Shown here piece by piece: positions 30,101 through 39,281 of a stretch of DNA of 64,000 bases; within the stretch, counting starts at the first letter, position 1, and each line of letters starts with the position of its first letter. Source of the DNA: Candidatus Hadarchaeota archaeon (GTDB taxonomy: Archaea; CAYQAE01; CAYVLA01); the NCBI GenBank assembly GCA_964621445.1, contig CAZUNO010000002.1, positions 107,151-171,150 on the forward strand, given 5' to 3'. The notes under the pieces are model-generated. The model had not been told where the DNA came from, ran no database searches, and was given only the letters and a program-made list of their open reading frames with translations. The position numbers and the translations under genes were made by a program.

Positions 30101-31438
30101 TATGTGAACGAAGTAGCCACCCGGGGAGTACTGTGCATTTAAGGTGATCTGATTCTCGGATTCCGATCCCGGAAGGCTGGCCTTTAGATCGGCACTCGTA
30201 CATTTGTCCGGCACATCGATCTCGACCGTGGTCATGCCCCTGAAGGTATTCACGCTTCGGGTTGTCCTGGTTGTCTTTCCGTTCTCCAGGCGATATACGA
30301 CCTCGAATTCAACGCTTTTATCCAGGGGTTCTCCGTCCGGGGTCTCTGTTACTATCATTACATCCATGGGTAGACCAGGCTTTACGGTCTGGCTGGCGGG
30401 GATTACCTGAATCACGGTCGGGGAGTCGGCTACCTTGAGAAGCTTTGTGTCCTTCTCCTCATGTCCCGCTCCATCGGTTACCGTGACATTTAGAATGACG
30501 CTGCCCAGGCCACCGGAACCGACGGTACCGGCAAGATACCCGGCCGCGGGGATTTCGAACTCGGCGACGCCGTTGGAAAGCCTTGAGTTGAATGTCGCGA
30601 ACTTCTCCCAGTGAGCAACGTACTTGTAGGCCTCCACGAAAACGGTTCCCTCAACCGGTTTTCCGAAAAAGTACTCGGCATTTACCTGACCAGTTATCTC
30701 TTCATCGACCAGGAACCATCCCTTGGGCGTCTCCACACCTACATCGAATTTTGGAAGAACGTATTTCTCCACCCTGAAATCCACAGTGGCCGTTCCCGAT
30801 TCGCTGTTTGCAGTTATCTTCCATGTTCCGGTGTTTACCTCTTTAGCCAGCGAAAGCTCGAAACTGGCCACACCAAATTCGTTGGCCGAGAGCTCCTTTC
30901 GGAATACCTTTATGCCTTTTGCATCGGATATGGATACGTTGATTTTCGTTTCAGTCGGTTTCAGGTCGGCGCTTAAGGCCAGCACGCGGCCGTAGAGGGT
31001 CTGACCTGGCTTGTAGATAGGCTTGTCGGTTTCTATTAACAGGGCTACCGAATCCGCCAATATTACCTCTCCCGATACGTGCTCTCTATCGTCCCTCCCG
31101 GCGAGGACCAGGTCGTAGGTCCCCTTCTCGATACCGGGAACATCGAAGCGTGCTATTAGATGTCCATCAGGTCCAGTTCTCCCCCTAAAAAGCTCCACCT
31201 CTTTCTCCTGATTTCTGATGAAAAGCGATACCCTGCGGTCAACCGGCCTACCGGTATCGGGAGAGAAGGAAGAAATGCTAACCGAGGACTCAGTGCCTAC
31301 ATAAAACCTGTTTGGGGCCAGCACAATAAACTCGGCCGATGCGGCCTTTCCAACCATGAGGGTGGGAGATATAATCTGTAAAAAAAGAAACAGGCAGACG
31401 ACCAGAGAGCCATATCGATTTTCCGTCAAAGCAATCAC
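27179..31438 (-). CDS. alpha-2-macroglobulin family protein (thioester-containing), secreted with a C-terminal TM anchor
   Basis: 1419 aa. N-terminal signal peptide. Thioester motif MPYGCGEQNMMF. A2M-like MG-domain repeats and an alpha-helical TED region. C-terminal hydrophobic helix (PLAVLSLLIGCMVLVFGL). GTG start. Confidence 0.85.
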   Translation of the reverse strand: MIALTENRYGSLVVCLFLFLQIISPTLMVGKAASAEFIVLAPNRFYVGTESSVSISSFSPDTGRPVDRRVSLFIRNQEKEVELFRGRTGPDGHLIARFDVPGIEKGTYDLVLAGRDDREHVSGEVILADSVALLIETDKPIYKPGQTLYGRVLALSADLKPTETKINVSISDAKGIKVFRKELSANEFGVASFELSLAKEVNTGTWKITANSESGTATVDFRVEKYVLPKFDVGVETPKGWFLVDEEITGQVNAEYFFGKPVEGTVFVEAYKYVAHWEKFATFNSRLSNGVAEFEIPAAGYLAGTVGSGGLGSVILNVTVTDGAGHEEKDTKLLKVADSPTVIQVIPASQTVKPGLPMDVMIVTETPDGEPLDKSVEFEVVYRLENGKTTRTTRSVNTFRGMTTVEIDVPDKCTSADLKASLPGSESENQITLNAQYSPGGYFVHIVQISPAEVSVGEEVTFEVLTTADRNAYYDVVSGGRTIHSGYADGRYISFKVTPDMMPKAKLVAYVINPNLEVAADSIPFDVDLVNPVNLSAEFSKDKCEPGEEVTLDIESSSGVATMIGLSIVDESVYALNEGRLNLKQVFNELEKIFMRPQAEAHPDGHRLWPLTERRGSMEVFEDAGIQVMTSSSLDVPQGQPDWLRRDGLQVLEAAGGDNFAAPKSQSAGQDSELAEVKRVRQFFPETWYWNPTLMTDETGRASVKLTAPDTITTWKLHAVSSSPQGIGMTEGSLKVFQDFFVEPDLPYAVTRGEEFPVLVQIYNYVENSQKVQVELKEDSWFQLVDERVKIVTVPGNSVASIGFTIRPEKVGQFKIEITARTHERADAVKRNIRVEPEGTPCETVVNDIITEDSPLKFNLSMPPAMVDDSGTIQLAVTPSMVAQTINGVDDLLGMPYGCGEQNMMFMAPDLEILRYLDATGQIKPEIRAKAEHFLTTGYQRELTFRRSDGSFSAFGENDDQGSLFLTSFVLDIFSECREVMSIDSTVLSDAASWIGDHQNGNGSFSPVGFVCHQEMLGGLDPSSRSALTAFVGIALSDYGNAEDSLQAAVQYIEENAIQAEDPYTLALAALLLEKVGSPHAEQAISRLLEMARTDEHGIFWAAGSERSNAVETTSYAALALMLEGRSEAEQAVRWLSSQRNSLGGFCSTQDTVWALKALMKAARLQTRTIDSSIEVKVDGEKLTTLELTAENFDVLNVIDIPLAGEELVVEMKGEGEVTIQLAKRFNLPGDLNPNPEFELDIEYNTTSVEVDDIVHVLARARYTGAYNSTGMMILDISVPTGFSPVHSSLEQVISDGLATRYEIGGRKVIFYVDDLQRGEELEIGFDIRALLPVKAKGGTSTAYSYYKPEVRTEARGVDFQVSGEVASRFGDENMEEPSGDVGFRTSTGNTFPLAVLSLLIGCMVLVFGLKTFGARNGI

Positions 31439-31616
31439 CAGTTGAGTTCCATATTGAAGTCAAGAGCTGGCAAAAAAGGGGGCCTAAGCTCCTAACACGG
31501 TAATTTCATTGCCTGAAACAATACATAATGGTTGCATGAAACGGTGTGAACCAACGGGGGGAATGGTCCACATAGTGATTCAGGTTAGCCCTAACATACT
31601 AGATATCTAGCTGAAG

Positions 31617-32384
31617 CTAGTCCTCAAAGAAACGCATTAGCTCAATGGGTACGGGGATAACCACGGTTGTGGGTTTGTCGGTGGTCGCATCGGTGATGGC
31701 CCCCATTAGTCTTAGCTGCAGCGCTCCGGGACTCTCGGTCATTATCTTGGTAGCCTTTGCCAGCTTCTCCGACGCCTGTTTCTCTCCCTGGGCAGTGATG
31801 ACCCTAGACCGTCTTCCTCGTTCCGCCTCGGCCTGCCTGGCCATGGCCCTCTTCATGTCCTGAGGCACCTCGACGTTCTTGATTTCCACACCTGAAACCT
31901 TGATCCCCCATGGGTCAGTGGCTTCATCAACTGATGATTGGAGTTCCCGGTTTAGATCCTCCCTCTCGGTCAACAGCTGATCAAGAAAGGCCGTTCCGAT
32001 TACGTTCCTCAAGCTGGTCTGTGAATACAGGGACGTCGCGGCAATGTAATTCTCAACCTGGGTAACGGCGTTTTCGGGGTCCATTACCCTCATATATATC
32101 ACTGCGTCCACTTTCACGGGAACGTTATCCCGGGTTATGACCTCCTGGGTGGGTACATCGAGTACCATGGTCCTGAGGTCGATCTTGACCATCTTCTCGA
32201 AAAATGGTATTACGAAGAACAGGCCAGGGCCACGAGCTCCGACCAGCCTACCTAGCCTAAATATCACGCCTCTCTCGTACTCACGTACTATCTTGATCGC
32301 CCAAGCGATGAAGATGAGAAAGAGGAAAACAAGCGCTGCTGCGGGAAGGAGCCAGTCAGCCATGGAATCAACCAATCCGTTCAA
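31617..32384 (-). CDS. SPFH/band-7 (stomatin/prohibitin-like) membrane protein
   Basis: N-terminal TM helix followed by an SPFH domain (VIFRLGRL...DVPTQEVITRDNV...). C-terminal coiled coil. Confidence 0.85.
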   Translation of the reverse strand: MNGLVDSMADWLLPAAALVFLFLIFIAWAIKIVREYERGVIFRLGRLVGARGPGLFFVIPFFEKMVKIDLRTMVLDVPTQEVITRDNVPVKVDAVIYMRVMDPENAVTQVENYIAATSLYSQTSLRNVIGTAFLDQLLTEREDLNRELQSSVDEATDPWGIKVSGVEIKNVEVPQDMKRAMARQAEAERGRRSRVITAQGEKQASEKLAKATKIMTESPGALQLRLMGAITDATTDKPTTVVIPVPIELMRFFED

Positions 32385-32430
32385 CTAAATTTCGCGCTTT
32401 CCTCATAAATATATTTGTCATAAGCCAGAA

Positions 32431-33654
32431 CTAGTGGCCGCCGACTCGCCCCAGGGCAACCTCCACCGCTTCCACCAGGTCATCCAACTCGCGGTCGGTA
32501 TAGTTGGTGCTATTGGGCAGGACGATGTTCCTCTTCAGGGAATCCTCAAGTACCGGGCAGGGCTGGGTGTCATTGAAATCGTTTAGGGGTGAGGTGAAGG
32601 GCCAACCAGACCGATTTATGGTTTCCCTCTTCTTGAAAAGATCCAGATCGTATGCCGGTCTACCACCGTAAATGAGACCAGCCGGGACTCCCTCCTCCTT
32701 TATGAGCTCTATCAGACCCGGGGCATCTATATTCATGTCATCCGGTATCCGATAAATCATCCCGTAGTAAACTGGCTTTGATCCGGGAATGACCTTTCTG
32801 GGTATGAGCCCCAATTTTTCAACCATCTTGTTGACATAATTAGCATTTTTGTTCACGATCTCAACGATCCTATCGAGCTTTCGGACCTGGGCCAGAGCCA
32901 CAGCGCCCTGTAGCTCCGACATTCGATAATTGGTTCCCAGAGGCGCTCCTTCTTCCCGCGTGAGGCGATTATTCCCGTGATCATGGTAACGAATGGCGTT
33001 ATCGTAGAGGGTGGGGTCATCGGTGGTCACTATGCCTCCCTCTCCGGAGGTCGCCATCTTGTTGAGCTGGAAACTAAAGCAACCGATATCCCCCAGGGAC
33101 CCAACTTTTCCTCCCTTAAACTCGGACCCGTGGGCATGGGAAGCGTCCTCTACCAGGTAAAGGTCGTTCTCCTCAGCCACATCGCGGAGTCCATCCATGT
33201 CCGCCGGGAAGCCCAGCAGGTGAACCGGGACTATGGCCTTGGTCCTTGGGGTTACCGCCTGACGGACTGCATCGGGGTCAAGATTGAGGGTCTCGCCCTC
33301 CACATCCGCAAATACCGGCACTCCCCCGCACAGGAGGACGGGGCTGATATTGGCAATGAAGGTCACCGGGGGCACTATTACCTCCTCCCCGGGCCCTATT
33401 CCGCAGGACTTGACCCCTAGGTGAACCGCTGCCGTTCCGCTGGAGACCCCAAGCGCGTACTCTGTTCCCACATATTCCGAAAATTCGCTCTCGAAATCCA
33501 AAACCTTATTCTGCGGGTCGGGACCATAGAAGCGAAATAGGGATTTGGACTCCATTACCTCCCTAACTTCCTTCATCTCCTCCTCCCCTATCAGATTCAC
33601 GCCAAATCCAGTATACGGCCAAGGTTCAGTTCGAACGGGATCGTCCTCTGGCAC
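32431..33654 (-). CDS. DegT/DnrJ/EryC1/StrS-family PLP-dependent aminotransferase
   Basis: SSGTAAVHL...; the FSFQLNKMATSGEGG motif places the PLP-lysine in the canonical position for this family. Confidence 0.85.
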   Translation of the reverse strand: MPEDDPVRTEPWPYTGFGVNLIGEEEMKEVREVMESKSLFRFYGPDPQNKVLDFESEFSEYVGTEYALGVSSGTAAVHLGVKSCGIGPGEEVIVPPVTFIANISPVLLCGGVPVFADVEGETLNLDPDAVRQAVTPRTKAIVPVHLLGFPADMDGLRDVAEENDLYLVEDASHAHGSEFKGGKVGSLGDIGCFSFQLNKMATSGEGGIVTTDDPTLYDNAIRYHDHGNNRLTREEGAPLGTNYRMSELQGAVALAQVRKLDRIVEIVNKNANYVNKMVEKLGLIPRKVIPGSKPVYYGMIYRIPDDMNIDAPGLIELIKEEGVPAGLIYGGRPAYDLDLFKKRETINRSGWPFTSPLNDFNDTQPCPVLEDSLKRNIVLPNSTNYTDRELDDLVEAVEVALGRVGGH

Positions 33655-33712
33655 TTTACCACCTGCTAAGACATGGATGAATGGTTTAATATAAGTGGCC
33701 TGCGATTCTGCC

Positions 33713-34690
33713 TTATTGATTCCAGCGTTTTAGGCCCCAGAAAACCAACGAGAACAATATGAATGGCGGAGTAAACTCCGGAATTTCAATGTTATCCACC
33801 AGAGACTCGAACTCATTTAGATGCAGTTGGTAGCCCTTGCCCTTACTTGTATATATAAGGCTCAAAACCTTTTCTCCACAATCAAGCATCTCATATCTGG
33901 CCTTCACCTGGGAATGATTGGGCAAGGAATACGTGTACTCCATTATCCTGTTACCCAGATCGTGAATGATTTCCTGGCTCTCAAAAAGGATTTCAACATT
34001 GGACATGGTCTCCCGCATCCCTTCCTTCTGGACCTCCAGGTATTCATCCAAGCTACCAGACCAGGTTTCGGATAGGAGCACAATATTTGTCTGAAAGCGG
34101 TCCTCCAGTGGCCCATAGAAGATAACCCCATTATTTAGGGTCTGCTCATCCACTGCCCAGCCAACCGGATAGGTTAAATTCAGGTCCGGGTTCAGGTAAC
34201 TATATTTGGGATCGAAGAAGCTAAGGGTGGATAACGATTCCTGGAACAATGGAAGGTAATGCTCGTATTGCCCTTTTGATGCTACATATGCCAGGTCATA
34301 GTACCTCCGTCCATATCGGATTATGATCTCCTTCATCTTGACCTCTGTGGACCCTTGCTGCCAGGAGCATATCAAAACCTGAGCCGGTAAATCCTTAAAG
34401 GTCGTATTACGATCAGACAAAACCACGAAATCGGAGAATATCTCCCGACAGTTTTCCCGGATGCCCCTGACTGTATCCTGAAGCGTTGATCTTGGGTTAT
34501 CGAAGACATCGATGCTTAGTCTTGGGGAGAATCCATCACTCTGGCTCATGAACAGGGCCAGGACATATGGGTTTTGTGACTCTCTCCAGCCCGGTGGCTG
34601 CTGTATGGAGAAACCCCATGATTCGCTTTGGTACGCCCAACAATGGGGTATCAACACGATTGAAGCCAACAATATCCAGGTGATCTTCAT
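33713..34690 (-). CDS. hypothetical secreted protein with a C-terminal TM anchor
   Basis: The likely start is M23 (MKITWILLASIVL, a signal peptide). The C-terminus carries a hydrophobic helix (PFILFSLVFWGL). Confidence 0.45.
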   Translation of the reverse strand: MKITWILLASIVLIPHCWAYQSESWGFSIQQPPGWRESQNPYVLALFMSQSDGFSPRLSIDVFDNPRSTLQDTVRGIRENCREIFSDFVVLSDRNTTFKDLPAQVLICSWQQGSTEVKMKEIIIRYGRRYYDLAYVASKGQYEHYLPLFQESLSTLSFFDPKYSYLNPDLNLTYPVGWAVDEQTLNNGVIFYGPLEDRFQTNIVLLSETWSGSLDEYLEVQKEGMRETMSNVEILFESQEIIHDLGNRIMEYTYSLPNHSQVKARYEMLDCGEKVLSLIYTSKGKGYQLHLNEFESLVDNIEIPEFTPPFILFSLVFWGLKRWNQ

Positions 34691-34820
34691 TATCCCCAGC
34701 TTAGGGAAAAGATTCTGAAAAATAGGGCACCATCGGGCGACAAATTTTCGGGACACTCACAAAAAAAACCCCTCGCCGGGACTCTCGGGAACATTTTCGA
34801 AGGTCCCCACCCCAGGTCCC

Positions 34821-35735
34821 ATGATGGCCATTCACGAGGTAGTGATCCAGATACTTCTACCCATCTCTCTTGGTTTCGTACTCCGCCAAACAGGTATGTT
34901 TGGGGATGAGCAATCTGCGGTTTTACGAAAACTGGTGGTCTATGTCAGCATACCGCTCCTGGTCTTCCACTCCATGTACACCTCGGCCCTGCCCTCCTTG
35001 AGCCAGGCCATCTCCATTGTAGCCGCCCTTCCAATATTGACCCTGCTTTTCCACCTGGCAGGAAGCATCATTAGCCGGCTCTTGCCCCTTAAGCATGCGA
35101 AGCGGATGGCCCTTCTCGCTGCCATTACCTTTGGCAACTACGGCTGGTTGGGTTGGAGCGCTGCCTTCACCGTCTTTGGCGAGAAGGGCCTTAACCAGGC
35201 ATTCTTCTTCACTCTCCTCTGGTGGCCGGTTTTCTACGGGTTTGGAGCGTTAACCGGAATCCGATCCCGAACCAAGAAATCCATCAGCCCGCGATCAGTG
35301 GCCATTGTCACCGCTTTGCCCGTCAGCTGCATATCAGCGGGAATCGTGCTCAATCTCGCTTCCATCGCAATCCCCGAGTTTCTCCTGACCTCGGTTTCCA
35401 GCATAGGGGACACCACCATACCCCTCATACTCATATCGGTGGGTATGGGGCTGAATATGGATAACATAAGAAGACTGCTACCGGCAGCACTCCTAGTTTC
35501 CGCAATACGCCTGGGACTGGGCCCCCTAATGGGAATTCTGACCTCGGAGGTGCTTCCCGTAGGGGATTTGGGCACTGATGTTGTAATTCTTCTGAGTGCA
35601 ATGCCGGTAGCCACGGTCACCCCAATTCTCTGCGACTACTTCGAGATGGACAGGGACCTGATATCGGTATCCATTGTAGTTTCCACGGTGCTTTCCCTGG
35701 GAACTCTCCCCCTAGTACTCATGATCATCGGTTGA
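34821..35735 (+). CDS. AEC-family (auxin efflux carrier / malate permease-like) transporter
   Basis: 304 aa with about 10 TM helices and the two-repeat architecture typical of the AEC family. Confidence 0.75.
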   Translation: MMAIHEVVIQILLPISLGFVLRQTGMFGDEQSAVLRKLVVYVSIPLLVFHSMYTSALPSLSQAISIVAALPILTLLFHLAGSIISRLLPLKHAKRMALLAAITFGNYGWLGWSAAFTVFGEKGLNQAFFFTLLWWPVFYGFGALTGIRSRTKKSISPRSVAIVTALPVSCISAGIVLNLASIAIPEFLLTSVSSIGDTTIPLILISVGMGLNMDNIRRLLPAALLVSAIRLGLGPLMGILTSEVLPVGDLGTDVVILLSAMPVATVTPILCDYFEMDRDLISVSIVVSTVLSLGTLPLVLMIIG

Positions 35736-35737
35736 AC

Positions 35738-36700
35738 CTAGCTCCATTTCCAGTCCATCTTCTTCTCTACGTTCTTGATTTCCTCAATGGAGGGCGAGCC
35801 CTCCATGGGCCCCATCTTGGTTATGGCAAAGGAGCCCACGGTATTTCCCATCCTACCACATTCAACCAAGGATTTCCCGGAAACAAAGCTAGTGGTAAAA
35901 CCGGCATCGAAGCAGTCACCGGCCCCAGTGGGGTCAACCCTTTCTCTTAGCCGTTCGATCGGGAAAGGCGGTACGAATACCTCCTCTTCCCGGCCAAATA
36001 CGCGGCAGCCGTCCGAACCCAGCTTCAGGGCTACAACATTGGCTCTATCCAAAAGGGACCTGCAGGCCTCATCGCTATCCTCTATGCCCGTGAGCATGCT
36101 GGCCTCCTCCCCGCTAGGCAGGACCACATCACAAATCTCCAGGACTGGCTCGCATATCTCCCTTACCCGTTCAATACCCAAGAGCTCAGGTCTCAGGTTG
36201 GGGTCCAGGCTTATCTTTCCACCCTGGTCCTTAACCATTTCCATGGCCCGGTAGCAGGCATCCCTGCTTGAGTCGCTGGTGGAAAGGGCCGAGCCCATGA
36301 GATGAAGTAGTTTGGTGCCTGATAGGTAATCAGCGTTCACATTCTTAGGCGAAAGCGTACCCGCGGCGGAGTATCTCAGGTGAAAGATGAATTTCCGGGA
36401 GCCATCCTGGTTGTAGGAAACGAAGGCACAGCCGGTGGTATGCCCCTCCCTCCTGGTCACGCCCGAGACATCGACCCCGTTCTCCTCCAGCCTGTTCTCC
36501 ACTACATCACCAAAATCGTCGGGTCCTAGAACCCCGATGAATCCGGTATCGGCCCCAAGCTTGGCCGCCGCGTCAATGTAAATGGCTGGAGCACCGCTCG
36601 GATAGGGACCCATGAACTCAGCCGGCTCATTTAGAGGAACCCCGACCTTTTTACGCATTATCTCTACCAGCATCTCACCCATACATACTATCTCAGGCAT
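35738..36700 (-). CDS. PfkB-family carbohydrate/nucleoside kinase (ribokinase-like)
   Basis: The likely start is the ATG at 36700-36698 (MPEIVCMGEMLVE), 1 nt after the yjbQ stop. The C-terminal DPTGAGDCFDAGF is the PfkB signature. Confidence 0.8.
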   Translation of the reverse strand: MPEIVCMGEMLVEIMRKKVGVPLNEPAEFMGPYPSGAPAIYIDAAAKLGADTGFIGVLGPDDFGDVVENRLEENGVDVSGVTRREGHTTGCAFVSYNQDGSRKFIFHLRYSAAGTLSPKNVNADYLSGTKLLHLMGSALSTSDSSRDACYRAMEMVKDQGGKISLDPNLRPELLGIERVREICEPVLEICDVVLPSGEEASMLTGIEDSDEACRSLLDRANVVALKLGSDGCRVFGREEEVFVPPFPIERLRERVDPTGAGDCFDAGFTTSFVSGKSLVECGRMGNTVGSFAITKMGPMEGSPSIEEIKNVEKKMDWKWS

Positions 36701-36701
36701 T

Positions 36702-37133
36702 TCACTCACCCAAAACCTGTACGCAGTACTTCCTATGCAGGGGGCCATCGGTCTCAACGAAATATATGGTCTGCCTACCTCCCCTTACGATCTCTCCGTT
36801 CTCGATTGGGAACATGGTGTTAATCCCGGTAAGCATTCCTCTTAGATGGCAGTGGGCATTTACTCCTAAACGGCCGTCAAAATCTAGATACCTCGCATGG
36901 TGGTAGTCCAGATCCTCGGGTATCAGCCTCTCAAGGGTATCGACGGTATCTTCCTCCAGGCAGGGTATCCCCTCGTTAACGGTGATACCGCTGGTGGTAT
37001 GCATGGTGATCACGTTGACCACCCCGTTCTGGACCTCGGACCTCTCCACCACCTTAACCACTTCTTCCGTTATATCTATGAGCTGCATCTCCTTGGTGCT
37101 TTGCACGTCCAGTTTCTCAAGATGTATCTTCAT
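36702..37133 (-). CDS. YjbQ/UPF0047-family protein (secondary thiamine-phosphate synthase-like)
   Basis: 143 aa with ITVNEGIPCLEEDTVDTLERLIPE...HARYLDFDGRLGVNAHCHLRG, typical of YjbQ. Confidence 0.8.
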   Translation of the reverse strand: MKIHLEKLDVQSTKEMQLIDITEEVVKVVERSEVQNGVVNVITMHTTSGITVNEGIPCLEEDTVDTLERLIPEDLDYHHARYLDFDGRLGVNAHCHLRGMLTGINTMFPIENGEIVRGGRQTIYFVETDGPLHRKYCVQVLGE

Positions 37134-37142
37134 TTTAGACCC

Positions 37143-37988
37143 TCACTCCATCCCCATGAACCTCTTGGCATTCCTCTCAAATATCAGCTCGATGGCCCCC
37201 TCCGTGAATCCCAGGGACTTGACTGCCTCCACCATCTTTGCCATCTCTATACGTGGGAAGTTTGACCCAAACATAACCTGGTTCCTGAGGCTCCTCTCCA
37301 GCCAGGTTGTTGGTATCTGTTTATTGAAGGTGAACTGGATGAATTCCTTGGGGGTATCAAAGTAAAGACATGAGGTGTCGGCAAACAGATTTTCGTACTT
37401 CAATAGGAGGGCTGCGGTATCCTGAATCCAGGGCCACCCAAAATGGGCAATGCAAATCTTCAGCTCAGGGTAACGGATCGCCGCCTCCTCAAGGAGCATG
37501 GGATGGCACTGCTTTAGACGGGTTCCAGGCTCGAAACTCATGCCGCTGTGCATCATTATCGGGATGCCTAGATCCTGAGCCTTCTCATATAATGGGAAAA
37601 CCTCCTGGTCATCGGGGCTAAACTCCTGACTGCTGGGAGCCAGCTTTAGCCCTGCTAGGCCCAGGTCCTCTATGGCCATCTCCAGATCCTCGATAGCTGT
37701 GGGGGAATGGGGATCGACGCTGGCAAACCCTATGAAGCTACCATCGCCCATCTCCACCAGCTCTGCAATCTGCTCATTAGTATGGATCTTTTCCCCTCGC
37801 GTGGTGGTGCAGTCTATGGGATGAATGACCGAGGTATCTATATCCGCCTCCTCCATGTGGAGGAGGAATGTCCTCAGGGGCTGTAGCCTATTGCCCAGGC
37901 CAAAAATTTCCCTGACCACCCTTTTCATCTCTTCGTCCTTTTCCATGATCTCCTTCACGAGAACCGGATGTGTGTGTACGTCAATCAA
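37143..37988 (-). CDS. amidohydrolase-2 family metal-dependent hydrolase (TIM barrel)
   Basis: MIDVHTHPV start with metal-binding His. Further motifs MMHSGMSF and ICIAHFGWPW, typical of the ACMSD-like amidohydrolase family. Confidence 0.7.
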   Translation of the reverse strand: MIDVHTHPVLVKEIMEKDEEMKRVVREIFGLGNRLQPLRTFLLHMEEADIDTSVIHPIDCTTTRGEKIHTNEQIAELVEMGDGSFIGFASVDPHSPTAIEDLEMAIEDLGLAGLKLAPSSQEFSPDDQEVFPLYEKAQDLGIPIMMHSGMSFEPGTRLKQCHPMLLEEAAIRYPELKICIAHFGWPWIQDTAALLLKYENLFADTSCLYFDTPKEFIQFTFNKQIPTTWLERSLRNQVMFGSNFPRIEMAKMVEAVKSLGFTEGAIELIFERNAKRFMGME

Positions 37989-37997
37989 GCTATCATC

Positions 37998-39281
37998 TCA
38001 TTCTCCAATTCTAGGCACGACCTCGGCTGCCCCTTTTAGAGCCATCGCTTCCGCCGATTTCCCCGCATCCTCAAGGGCCCTGTCCACGGCCTCCTGGGGG
38101 CTAGGGGCATACTCGAAACCCAGATTCTCAACGTCCTTTCTGGGTATACCCACGGCGTAGACTATAACTCGCATCTTCTCTAGTATTTTTCCCACGTGAA
38201 CCATGGCGGCAACCGAGCACAGATCCGTCAGCTCACCGGAATCCATTAAGGACAGCGCCTTAGAGGGGTAAAGGTACCCATGTTTTTCCAGTTCGGGATG
38301 TTCCTCCGAGATTCCCTCCCAACAAGGAGTGAGCATGACTATGGTTCCCCCTGGTTTAACCGCCAGTTCAGCGGCCTCCAATGCCTTTACCGCCTGCCAC
38401 ATGTCGATGTCAGCGGGGTGGGAATCAACGATGGCCACATCAACCTTGTGATCTATTGGAACGTCGTATATCCTGTTACTGGTTTCCACTCCTTCCCGGT
38501 GGGCGGAAATGGGATGACCCGAAAAGAAGCCAAATGTCCTTGATTTACCGTCAAGTACCGTGTTTATTATCATGTCCAAGCCGGCCTTCTCGGATATCTC
38601 CTCTATTTCCCTTCTAACTGGATTCTCGGCAACTCCTAGTATTTCCTCACTCTCAAATTTTCCGGCCATCAAATGGGTCAAACCCGTGGTCTGAGGCCCT
38701 CCCAGCCCTGGTTGAACGATCTTTCCTCCCCCGGTATAGCCTGCAACCCGATGAGGAACTATGTTCCCCACCCCGATGCTCCAATCGGCCTCAAGTATCT
38801 TCTCGTTAACGGTAATAGGTATCCCAGAATCAGTGGTGCCCAGGTCCCGGAGTTTGGATTGATCCCTCCAGTAGTGGTTTGAAGTACTTATCTCCCTTAC
38901 TGCCCTGGCACCAGCCTTAATCTCCATCTCCTCCCTGGTCATATATCTGTGTGTTCCCAGGGCAAAAAGAATCTCGATGTCCCCTTCCTTGATACCAGCC
39001 GTATCCAGTTCCCTTCTCAAACTGGGTATGACCCGCCGGGTAGGCGTTTGCCTGGTGATGTCATCTAGGATGATCAGCACCTTGTCCCCGCTACCAACCT
39101 GGGAAGGTATAGGCTCGGCCTGTATTGGCCCTGCAAGCGATTTCCGTAGCAGCTCTCCCTCCGAGCCAGGGGGATCTAAGTCCGGGGGAGAGTGGATTTC
39201 GACCAAATTGGAATCCGGAATTTGAACTCGAGTTATGCCCTTTCCGAGATGGAAGTCTACGTCAGCCATGGGCAGGACCAA
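37998..39281 (-). CDS. LarA-like (lactate racemase domain, DUF2088) protein
   Basis: 427 aa. The N-terminal domain matches the LarA fold, with conserved His and GT residues (ALGTHRYMT, HRVAGYTGGGK). No larBCE genes are nearby. Confidence 0.7.
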   Translation of the reverse strand: MVLPMADVDFHLGKGITRVQIPDSNLVEIHSPPDLDPPGSEGELLRKSLAGPIQAEPIPSQVGSGDKVLIILDDITRQTPTRRVIPSLRRELDTAGIKEGDIEILFALGTHRYMTREEMEIKAGARAVREISTSNHYWRDQSKLRDLGTTDSGIPITVNEKILEADWSIGVGNIVPHRVAGYTGGGKIVQPGLGGPQTTGLTHLMAGKFESEEILGVAENPVRREIEEISEKAGLDMIINTVLDGKSRTFGFFSGHPISAHREGVETSNRIYDVPIDHKVDVAIVDSHPADIDMWQAVKALEAAELAVKPGGTIVMLTPCWEGISEEHPELEKHGYLYPSKALSLMDSGELTDLCSVAAMVHVGKILEKMRVIVYAVGIPRKDVENLGFEYAPSPQEAVDRALEDAGKSAEAMALKGAAEVVPRIGE

